Assembly (NCBI GenBank): GCA_963833095.1 | Contig: CAWHWQ010000004.1 | Location: 32,001-96,000 of the forward strand | Direction of reading: 5' to 3' | Length of the DNA: 64,000 nt | From: Vulcanimicrobiota bacterium | Lineage (GTDB): Bacteria > Vulcanimicrobiota > Vulcanimicrobiia > Vulcanimicrobiales > Vulcanimicrobiaceae | Shown: positions 1 to 7,803 of the stretch, in pieces | Position numbering within the stretch: position 1 is the first letter of the stretch | Layout: each line of letters begins with the position of its first letter | Program-made: the position numbers and the translations under genes | The notes under the pieces: model-generated | The model's input: the letters and a program-made list of their open reading frames with translations, nothing else | Database searches by the model: none | Told to the model about the DNA's origin: nothing

Positions 1-230
1 GTCTCACGATGCTTGCTCATGCCGCAATGCAAGAGGCCTGCGATCGGGCGAGCACGCTGATCAACGAGGATCATGTCCGCTCGGCCATGCTGGTACGCGG
101 CATCACACCGCGGCCGGCTGCCGTGGTGGCGCGGTCGGAAAATGGCGTTGTCGACGCCCCAGAATCCGACAACGAACCAGCACCGTGGGGTCTGCTCAGC
201 CGGCTGTTCGCCCGGCGCTCCTCGTCATGA
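1..230 (+). CDS. 3' end of a gene, possibly an ExeA/AAA-type ATPase (partial, starts before window)
   Basis: C-terminal LAHAAMQEAC...LINEDHVRSAM resembles the AAA+ lid region; TGA overlaps the next ATG (ATGA 227-230). Confidence 0.45.
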   Translation, partial: LTMLAHAAMQEACDRASTLINEDHVRSAMLVRGITPRPAAVVARSENGVVDAPESDNEPAPWGLLSRLFARRSSS

Positions 231-1696
231 ACCGCGAGCCCGACTTCGAATCAAGCGCGGACATGCGCCTGCTCGAGTTGCAACGCACGTCGCTAGGCCT
301 GGTCGCTCCCGAGCGCGCTTCCTGGGAGAGCCGGTATGCCGTCGACTCAACACCCGGCATCGAAGAGCCGGCGGAAGCGGCGAGCGCCCGGAGCGCGATG
401 CTGGCCATCACCTTGACCGCAACGCCACCCGGTGAGGTGATTCCCGGTACCGTCGTCACCTATGCGCTGAGCATCGTTAACGAAGGCGCTGCACCCGCAA
501 ACGGGGTCGTTGCCGGAGTGCCTTTGCCGGGCGGCGTCACCTATCGCCTCGGATCGCTCCAGATAAATGGGCGCGCGGCCGACGATAGCGCCGCCGACGC
601 GCTCTTTGGAGCGGGTCTGGATCTTCGCACCATCGCCGGCGGAAGCCGTGCCGCCCTTATGTGGAAAGTCGGCGTCCGGATGGGCACCAAGCCGCTGCTG
701 ACGATCCCCCAAGTACGCGCGCGCGATGCCGCCGTCATCGGCGGGGGTCCGCTCACCGTCGAGCGACGAGGCACCCTCGGCGCCTTTGCCGGCGAACTCG
801 CCGCGGCCGACCGCGCGCTTTTTGAGCCAAGACCGCTGATCCCAGTCGAGATTCCCACCTCGGAGCTGCCGATCTACGAGCTCGACGCAGAAGAGCAGAT
901 CGTCTACGAAGCCGCCGACGCAGCCCTGTCCGACGCCGCCGCGCGGCCTGCTCCTGCGCCTGAACCGATTTTGGAAACTCTCGCCGAACCGGAACCCAAA
1001 CCGGAACCTGAGCCGCTGCCTGAGCCGTTGCCTGAGCCGCTGCGCGAAGCGGTCGTGCTTTATGGCGGACTCGATCGTCCCACGCTCGCGTTTTTCGAGC
1101 GTGTATTCAACGGATCCAAAGAGCCCACGATCCTCCAACACTGCATATTCGCAAGCGCCTTGGCCTGCGCGGTCGACGTCGACGGGAAAGACGACCTCGG
1201 GCTCAAGGCACACCTTGCGGCGCAATCGCAGATTCTTCATCGCGTCTCGTTGCACGAAAAGCTCGGTAAGAAAGAGCCGATCAGCGAATATTCGGGCCAG
1301 CTCCTCGCCGCTATCGCCGCGATCGCGCCTCGTCCCGTGCGGCCAATCGAATTGCCAAGCAACGAGCGGGTTACGCTTGCCAACGAACTGCACGAGCCCG
1401 CGCTCGCCGTGGTGCGCAAGATCGCCGAAGAGCGCGACCGTTGGGATTTCGTCAAAGCACGCCAACTCACGCTCGCCCTGCAGGCTCAGCGCGCGCTCAT
1501 CGACGACGACGCGCGCGCCGCTTCAATCGACAATGCCCTGCGCTCCTATGCGCAACACTCGATGACCGTATTGCAAAAGCTCTTTGTGCGCTTGCGTATC
1601 GATCGGACCACGGGCGTGCTCTTCCAAACGGATACGGCTCTTGACTCCGCCGCTCGCGTACTGCTCGCCGCATTGGCTGCCGCGCTCACGAATTGA
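227..1696 (+). CDS. DUF11-like (conserved repeat domain) protein with Pro/Glu linker and helical C-terminus
   Basis: PGTVVTYALSIVNEG...LPGGVTY..GSL.ING is a DUF11-like signature; start placed at the ATGA overlap. Confidence 0.6.
   Translation: MNREPDFESSADMRLLELQRTSLGLVAPERASWESRYAVDSTPGIEEPAEAASARSAMLAITLTATPPGEVIPGTVVTYALSIVNEGAAPANGVVAGVPLPGGVTYRLGSLQINGRAADDSAADALFGAGLDLRTIAGGSRAALMWKVGVRMGTKPLLTIPQVRARDAAVIGGGPLTVERRGTLGAFAGELAAADRALFEPRPLIPVEIPTSELPIYELDAEEQIVYEAADAALSDAAARPAPAPEPILETLAEPEPKPEPEPLPEPLPEPLREAVVLYGGLDRPTLAFFERVFNGSKEPTILQHCIFASALACAVDVDGKDDLGLKAHLAAQSQILHRVSLHEKLGKKEPISEYSGQLLAAIAAIAPRPVRPIELPSNERVTLANELHEPALAVVRKIAEERDRWDFVKARQLTLALQAQRALIDDDARAASIDNALRSYAQHSMTVLQKLFVRLRIDRTTGVLFQTDTALDSAARVLLAALAAALTN
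1007..1042 (+). repeat. 3 x 12-bp in-frame tandem repeat (PEPL)
   Basis: cctgagccgctg cctgagccgttg cctgagccgctg. Confidence 0.9.
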
Positions 1697-2460
1697 AGCT
1701 GCTTCTCGGAATCCCGAGCGCCGGTTCGCCGGTCGCGCCGTTCCTCGAGAGCGTCGCCCAGCTTCGCCTGCCGCCGTCCGTCACCGTGCTCGAACGCGTG
1801 CTTATAACCGGAAACTTCGTTCCTGCGCAGCGCGATCTCATCGTCGAGCGCGCGCTCGAACGCAATGCCGACGTGCTAATCATGTGCGACGACGACATGG
1901 TGCTCTCGCCCAACGCGTTGGTCGATTTGTGCGCCCTGCTCGAAGCGGATGCGCGCAATGCTCTCGCCGGTGCTCTGTATTACTCGCGGGACAGTTTTCG
2001 TCCGATGGTCGTTGACCGTTGGGACGAAAACGACACGCGCACGGCGGTGATTCCCGCGTTCGATCGTGAGCCGGTTCCCGTCGACGGTGTCGGCTTCGGC
2101 TGTGTGGCGCTACGAGTGAGTGCCCTGCGCGAGCTGATGCCGCCGTATTTCGCGGCCCACGTGTTCATCGAACGCAGCGCCGGCAGGGTGCGCGTATGCG
2201 ACGAGGACTATCTCTTCTGCGCGCGCCTTCGGAAAGCTGGGCATCGCGTGTTTCTCCACCCCGGCGTGCGCTGCGGTCACTACGATCGCCAGTCGAGCGC
2301 CATTGCGCCCAAGGCCTGGGAGCCGCCGGAAATTACGCGACGGGAACGCATGGCCGCGCTGGTTGACGGCCACCCGGTGCTGGTCGAAGCAAGGCCCGCG
2401 CCCACCAGCACGACCGAATCGCACGTTCGCGCGAACGTAGACTACGTGATTGTTCCCTAG
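1693..2460 (+). CDS. glycosyltransferase family 2-like protein
   Basis: DDD motif (MCDDDM), GVGFGC and DEDYLFC motifs; TTG start overlaps upstream TGA. Confidence 0.75.
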   Translation: MKLLLGIPSAGSPVAPFLESVAQLRLPPSVTVLERVLITGNFVPAQRDLIVERALERNADVLIMCDDDMVLSPNALVDLCALLEADARNALAGALYYSRDSFRPMVVDRWDENDTRTAVIPAFDREPVPVDGVGFGCVALRVSALRELMPPYFAAHVFIERSAGRVRVCDEDYLFCARLRKAGHRVFLHPGVRCGHYDRQSSAIAPKAWEPPEITRRERMAALVDGHPVLVEARPAPTSTTESHVRANVDYVIVP

Positions 2461-2834
2461 CGGATTTCGCTGAAAAGCGCCGCCTGATTGCGGCGTTTTC
2501 CGGCAACCGAACGCGCGTAGGACTTCCAACGCGAAATAAGTTGCAAGCGCCCGCCGACCTCATCGTTGAATCGCTGGAGTCGCTTGAGTTGCCACTCCCG
2601 GTACTCTAGGACTCGGCGAACGCGCCCCGCGATTTCTTCGTCGAACTCGGGCGTACGCTCGGGCTGCGCCTCCACCCAGGCGTTCATAACGACGTGGCGC
2701 GCATGGCCCATTGCGGAAAGCAGCGCTTCGAAGGCCGCCCAATCGCAGCGATCGATCAACGGCCCGAGTTCTTTACACTGCCCCTCGAGCATCGCGACGC
2801 CGGAGCGAACTTCATCGAGCAACTTGCTAGCCAA
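2457..2834 (-). CDS. FliT/FlgN-like flagellar chaperone (hypothetical)
   Basis: 125-aa helical protein directly after fliS; position-based inference. Confidence 0.5.
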   Translation of the reverse strand: MASKLLDEVRSGVAMLEGQCKELGPLIDRCDWAAFEALLSAMGHARHVVMNAWVEAQPERTPEFDEEIAGRVRRVLEYREWQLKRLQRFNDEVGGRLQLISRWKSYARSVAGKRRNQAALFSEIR

Positions 2835-3276
2835 CTGCAGCGAACGTCGACGTCACGCCGTCGCCCCCCGAAAGATTCTTTTGCGCGCGGCGCTGCGCTT
2901 TGAATTGCGTCACCGCGGTGCTCCACGTCTCGCGATATTCCCGGGCGTAGCCCAGAATGCGTTCGACACGTTCGGGATCCTTACGCATATTGGCCATGAC
3001 GAGTTCCTTGTGCCAAAAGCCGTAGACGCGCAGGAGATTCTCTGAAAGTTCGCCGCCGATCTCCATATTCAGCGAACTCATCAGCACCGTACACGCGCGT
3101 TGGGCGCGCAAAAGCGCTTTGTGAATCCCCTCGATGTCATCGCGCTCGTTCACCAGCTTGTCGTGAGCTTGCTGTGAAGCGATGATCAATACGTCGAAGA
3201 TTTTGACGATCAGATCCTCGGGTGCGGCCGTGAGAATCGACGTCTCGAGATAGGTCTGCTCGTTGTTCTTTTTCAT
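2827..3276 (-). CDS. fliS: flagellar export chaperone FliS
   Basis: Y.ETSILTA.PE.L, L.SSLNMEIGGELSENL..Y, RETW motifs. Confidence 0.92.
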   Translation of the reverse strand: MKKNNEQTYLETSILTAAPEDLIVKIFDVLIIASQQAHDKLVNERDDIEGIHKALLRAQRACTVLMSSLNMEIGGELSENLLRVYGFWHKELVMANMRKDPERVERILGYAREYRETWSTAVTQFKAQRRAQKNLSGGDGVTSTFAAVG

Positions 3277-3285
3277 GATGGTCCG

Positions 3286-5298
3286 CTAGGCGCCCGAACT
3301 CGAAGAACTGCTGCTGCTGGTGGTTGAGAACCCAAAGACCGACGCCAACTCCTGTTGTTCGGCCTGCAGTCCAGCGATTGCCGTTTCACTTGCCACAAAC
3401 CCGTCGCGCAGGGAGGTGGCTTGCGCGTTGGCCTCGTCGGTGATCTGCGAAACCTGCTGCTGGAGGGTCGTAATCGTGTCGGTGTTGCCGTTTTCGAAGT
3501 TCTGAATGAGCGATACCGCCGGTACATACCCCACCGGCCCGCTGTTGAGGAGCGTCGGACTGCCGGTCACCGATGCAAGATACGATCCGAGCTCTTGGGT
3601 CAAGCTGCTGGCGCCGACGAGCAGGTTCTGCACGGCATTGGGATTGCTCGCGTACGCGTGCAAGAACGCCGAAACGTTGAGCGGCGCGAGCGTTCCGTTC
3701 GCTCCGTCGACGGTTTGGTTCTGGACGGGCGTGCTGTTCGGACCGCCCTGCTGGTCGATACTCGTCGCCTGCACCGTCGTAAACGAGCTGGCGAGCAACA
3801 GACCCGCCTGCGCGAGCGAGTTATAACTCTTATCGGTGCCGAGGAAGCCGCCAACGATGTTTTCGAATTCCGAAATGATAGAACCCACATCGGAATTGCC
3901 CCAGAGGACGCCTCCGGGCACGGATTGCGCGGTGGCGTTCGTGCCGGGCTGAATCGCGAGGACGATCGGCGGCGCGGTCGCCGTATTGATTTCGTTGACC
4001 GCCGCATTGTACGTAGAAACGAACGCTTGGAGCGTCGAGACCAGTAACGTCGTATTCTGCGTGACATCGAGCGTGAACGCGGAAGTCGTGTTGCCGGTAA
4101 TCGAAAGCGAGAGCCCCGGAAGCGCGTTGGTGACCGTGTTCGAGTTTCCGTAATAGGTACTCGACGTCCCGTCGGGATTCTCGACCGTGATCGCCGACTG
4201 CTGACCCACGGTCGTCTTCGCGCCGCTCGCCGCCGTCAAGCCCGATGCAGTCAGGAAATTGCTGGTATCGCCGGATGCCCCGAGCACGATGCTCTGCGGC
4301 CCTGAGTTGGCGTTCGTGAGCTGGATCTGACCGGTTACGGAGTTGAAGACCGCGGTCACGCCGGCGGTACTGCTGTTGATTGCGCCGAGGATATCGCGGA
4401 GGTTCTCGGTTCCCGACACGCTGATCTTGACGCCATTGATGGTGAACGTCCCGGACGTCACCGGCGTCACAAAACCGGCGTTCGCTCCCGAATTGAAGTC
4501 CGCGTCCGGATTGATCCCACCGACGTTACCCGTACCGGAAATCGAGGCCGAACTGCCACTATTGAGCAACTGCGCATTGCTCAACTGAAGAACGCTGAGC
4601 AAATTCCCTTGATCCTGATTACTGCCGAGGGAAATCTGCTGGTCACTCGAGGTAAAATCGACGACGCCGTTAACGAGGGTCGCTAGGAAACCAGCATCCG
4701 CCTTCGAGTCCACCTGCGTCGTGATATTGTGCAAAATCGCATCGAGCGACTGCGAATCGACGTTGTAAGAAATCTGCACGCCGTCGACCGTGACCGATCC
4801 GTTTCCGTTGGTCCCGTTCTGCGGCACGACTCTTGCGTAGGAATAGGCGAGCGGCACCGTGTCGGATGCCTGACCGGCGTACGTTCCGCTGGTAATCGTG
4901 TCGGTGATCGAGTGCCCGGCGCTCGCGCTGGAAAGTATCGACGTGTTCGTCGCTGCTTTGACGCTGTCGATCGTGTAGAGTCCCGGCGTGGCGGTCACGC
5001 CCGGAATGCCGGTGGCCGTCAGCGCCCCAGTGTCGCCCGAGCTCGCTTGATAGGTCGAGAACAAGTTGGGGTCCGAAAGATTGCCGAGAGCGTTTTGCAC
5101 CGACGCGACGAGATTACTGATCTTGATCAGTTCGGCGTTGGCATTATTGAGCGTCGCGATCTGCGCGTTGAGCAGAGTCGTCGGCGCAAGGCTCAACTGC
5201 GTCAGTTTGGAGATGATCGCGTTGTAATCGATGCCGGAAACGATCCCGGGGAACGAGATCGGAGCGGTGGTGCCGTAGACGGGGCTATTGCTTGACAC
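3286..5298 (-). CDS. fliD: flagellar filament cap FliD
   Basis: N-terminal GIVSGID...IISKL, FV.TYN; position between flaG and fliS. Confidence 0.92.
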   Translation of the reverse strand: MSSNSPVYGTTAPISFPGIVSGIDYNAIISKLTQLSLAPTTLLNAQIATLNNANAELIKISNLVASVQNALGNLSDPNLFSTYQASSGDTGALTATGIPGVTATPGLYTIDSVKAATNTSILSSASAGHSITDTITSGTYAGQASDTVPLAYSYARVVPQNGTNGNGSVTVDGVQISYNVDSQSLDAILHNITTQVDSKADAGFLATLVNGVVDFTSSDQQISLGSNQDQGNLLSVLQLSNAQLLNSGSSASISGTGNVGGINPDADFNSGANAGFVTPVTSGTFTINGVKISVSGTENLRDILGAINSSTAGVTAVFNSVTGQIQLTNANSGPQSIVLGASGDTSNFLTASGLTAASGAKTTVGQQSAITVENPDGTSSTYYGNSNTVTNALPGLSLSITGNTTSAFTLDVTQNTTLLVSTLQAFVSTYNAAVNEINTATAPPIVLAIQPGTNATAQSVPGGVLWGNSDVGSIISEFENIVGGFLGTDKSYNSLAQAGLLLASSFTTVQATSIDQQGGPNSTPVQNQTVDGANGTLAPLNVSAFLHAYASNPNAVQNLLVGASSLTQELGSYLASVTGSPTLLNSGPVGYVPAVSLIQNFENGNTDTITTLQQQVSQITDEANAQATSLRDGFVASETAIAGLQAEQQELASVFGFSTTSSSSSSSSGA

Positions 5299-5306
5299 AG
5301 TATCCC

Positions 5307-5684
5307 TTAGACTTTGCGGTCGAGAGTGACGCCGTCGATTTGATCGAAGAACTCAGCAAGTCCGATCAGCTCCTGCGGCGGAAATTGCGCGACCTCTTCA
5401 CCCGTCTGCGGATTAGTGAAGACGGTCACGACGAGTTGAAGCTCGCTAACGTACTTATACGAAATCGCGAGCTGCGGTTGACCCGAAGAGCCTGATGAAA
5501 CGTTGTATAGCTTTGCGACTGCGGCTGCAATCGTCGATCCTTCAACAGGCTTAGGCTGTTGTGGGCCGGCGGACGGCAAACCCGAAGAGGTCGCCGGCGC
5601 CTGTGGCGCAGCAGCAACACCTGCAGTTTGGGCAGTGCCTTCGCCAGGCCCGCTCGTGGCCGGGGCGACGGTCGGAACGTCCAT
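5307..5684 (-). CDS. flaG: FlaG family protein
   Basis: C-terminal TGEEVAQFPPQE...G.TLDRKV; lies upstream of fliD. Confidence 0.8.
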   Translation of the reverse strand: MDVPTVAPATSGPGEGTAQTAGVAAAPQAPATSSGLPSAGPQQPKPVEGSTIAAAVAKLYNVSSGSSGQPQLAISYKYVSELQLVVTVFTNPQTGEEVAQFPPQELIGLAEFFDQIDGVTLDRKV

Positions 5685-5826
5685 GTTTACAATCCTTTTC
5701 CCGCTACTATACGTCTTCGACCCATGCGAGGGACTATATTAGCCGTGGTCCGGCGGCGCGTCCCGGGGCCGCCCAAAAGCGGCTGAAGGCCTGGAGCACA
5801 GGATGTGCGTCCGACCCGAACCATCT

Positions 5827-7803
5827 CTATACCGTCTTGACCGCCGCAGCCTCCGCGTAAGCCCCCAAAACACCCTGGAGAGAGCGGAGCGGGTCGCACA
5901 GTTGGGTGGTCCGTTCGGCGACCTGGTAGCCTACCGCGGGAGCTCGCATCCAAGCCTGGCGCAGCACGGTCGTCGCACTCTCGAGCGATGCGGGGTCGGC
6001 CCCTCCGGCCAGCTCAGGCCAGAGTTCGCTGAGGGCGAGTGCCGTGGAGAGGACCGGCATGACCCCGTGGCTTGCAGCTCGGACGATGCGTGCGGCCCCG
6101 TGTCCTGCCCACCCAAGGTCAGCATAGACGCGCGCGCCGCCATAGAGCGCTTCGAGCTGTCCGGCAGAGAGCGATTCATCCGGGAGCCAGATCACGCCGG
6201 GTCCGGCCGCTTCGAGAAGGCTCTGGTAATACTCGGCATTCTCGACGGTTCCCACGAGGACGCACGCAGCACCGATCGAGGCCGCAGCGCGCATCGCGAT
6301 CCACTGATTTGCTCGGGGTTCGACCGCCGCATGGATAAGGACGTATTCATCCGTGCCGCACAGGGCCCCGATAGGCTCGGGAGCCATTGGGGGCGCGGGA
6401 ACGCAGGGTACCAAGCGGGATGGACCGGCAAAGCCGAAGCGCGAGCGCACTTCCGCTTCCTCGGCCCGGGTTGCGAAAATCGCCGCTCGGCACTGCGCGA
6501 ACATCCTTCGCAAGAGCGCATCATCGTAAGCGGGCTTCCCTCGTGCCGAATCCGCATCGGTCACGATCAGACGAGCGGCCAGTCCGCGCTCGATCGACTG
6601 CTGCGTCGCCTCGTCGCGGATGCCCGAGAGCATCGTGCGAATTGCCGACGTTCCCCAAAGCGACTCGTTGGCAAAGTCGTCGAACAACGGCGTCGCCACA
6701 ATGGGAATGTCGAGACGTTTCGCTTCGCCGAGCATGTATTCGAACTGCTGCACGTGACGATGTCCGAAGAAATGGACCAAGTCGCATCCTTCCGCGCGCG
6801 CGGCCGACGCAACGGTCAATCGCGCATCGAATCCCTGGGCTTGCAACGCTTCGGCGAGAGCGCGCGCTTGGTCAACGTCGGCCTCGGGCGCAATGAGTCC
6901 GTCATCACGAATCACAATAGCGATACGACCTGCGGAGCCGCCGATAACCGGTGCGGCGCTCAGCCGGTTCGCACGCAAAATCGGGTCGCGGGCGCGAACG
7001 AAGAAGCGCCGCGCCGGCGCTGCATCGGCAACGTCGAACGAACATGCGAGCAACGGAAAGACGGGCCGCGCGAGCGTAACCTCAGTGTCGCCCTCCATCG
7101 GTGCTTCAAGAGCGATCGATACCGTCGAGCTACTCGACCCAGCCGCAGAAATGTCGACGTCAAAGCTCGCGCGCGGGATCTCACCGTAGATGCCGATCCC
7201 ATACCACGATCGCGCGAGTTCGTTACGCGCCGCCGAGCCAAGATCCGCGTGCACGGTGTTTGCGACGCGCGCCAGCAACGAGGCCCCAAAGGATCCGTCG
7301 TCCGATGAAATGCCGACGCGCCTCCCCGTAGCGAACCGCTGCGCGTACACGTAGGGCGCAACATCGGTCAACACCTCATCCACCGGGGCGGCGCAAAGGA
7401 AACGCGCCGCTCGAGCCGACTCGAAGATTGCGCGCGCCTGCGCATCGTCAGTAAAGAACCCGATGACCTCCTCTTCGAGTGATCCGAGCAGCGTATGCGC
7501 GAGCAGCCACGGCTCGAGCAGCGCCTCTAAGGCCGCCACAGCCAGGGCTTCGCACGGAAGCCACAACGGCCAGATGAACGGGCTTGCCTCACGAACGAAG
7601 ACCATCGGCGGATCGATTTGCACAAACGGAAGCAGCGCGATTTCGCCGTCACGCGAAAAAACGAGATCGATCCAGCCCTCGCCCCAAGGATAGAACGACG
7701 GCTGCAATCGGGCGGCGACCAAGTATGGCGCGCCCACGACCCGGGCAAAACGGCCCGGCTCGATAAATGGCGCGAAGCGCGAGAGCAGCGCGTGACGCCT
7801 CAC
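5827..7803 (-). CDS. glycosyltransferase (GT-B/GT4)-like protein with degenerate methyltransferase-like region
   Basis: VEPRANQ...VLVG and LYGGARVY...W motifs of GT4-like proteins; located in flagellin glycosylation cluster. Confidence 0.55.
   Translation of the reverse strand: MRRHALLSRFAPFIEPGRFARVVGAPYLVAARLQPSFYPWGEGWIDLVFSRDGEIALLPFVQIDPPMVFVREASPFIWPLWLPCEALAVAALEALLEPWLLAHTLLGSLEEEVIGFFTDDAQARAIFESARAARFLCAAPVDEVLTDVAPYVYAQRFATGRRVGISSDDGSFGASLLARVANTVHADLGSAARNELARSWYGIGIYGEIPRASFDVDISAAGSSSSTVSIALEAPMEGDTEVTLARPVFPLLACSFDVADAAPARRFFVRARDPILRANRLSAAPVIGGSAGRIAIVIRDDGLIAPEADVDQARALAEALQAQGFDARLTVASAARAEGCDLVHFFGHRHVQQFEYMLGEAKRLDIPIVATPLFDDFANESLWGTSAIRTMLSGIRDEATQQSIERGLAARLIVTDADSARGKPAYDDALLRRMFAQCRAAIFATRAEEAEVRSRFGFAGPSRLVPCVPAPPMAPEPIGALCGTDEYVLIHAAVEPRANQWIAMRAAASIGAACVLVGTVENAEYYQSLLEAAGPGVIWLPDESLSAGQLEALYGGARVYADLGWAGHGAARIVRAASHGVMPVLSTALALSELWPELAGGADPASLESATTVLRQAWMRAPAVGYQVAERTTQLCDPLRSLQGVLGAYAEAAAVKTV

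Noticed and set aside
5713..5741. sigma-28 promoter for flaG-fliD (TAAT-N16-GTCGAAGA)
   Set aside because: Several mismatches in the -10, and competing TATAGT sigma-70-like boxes; too ambiguous to call
5803..7308. Long antisense and alternate-frame ORFs (e.g. 5803-7308 +, 7947-9041 +, 23166-24224 +, 347-1465 -)
   Set aside because: Shadow ORFs expected in high-GC DNA, Arg-rich, without motifs, and overlapping well-supported genes
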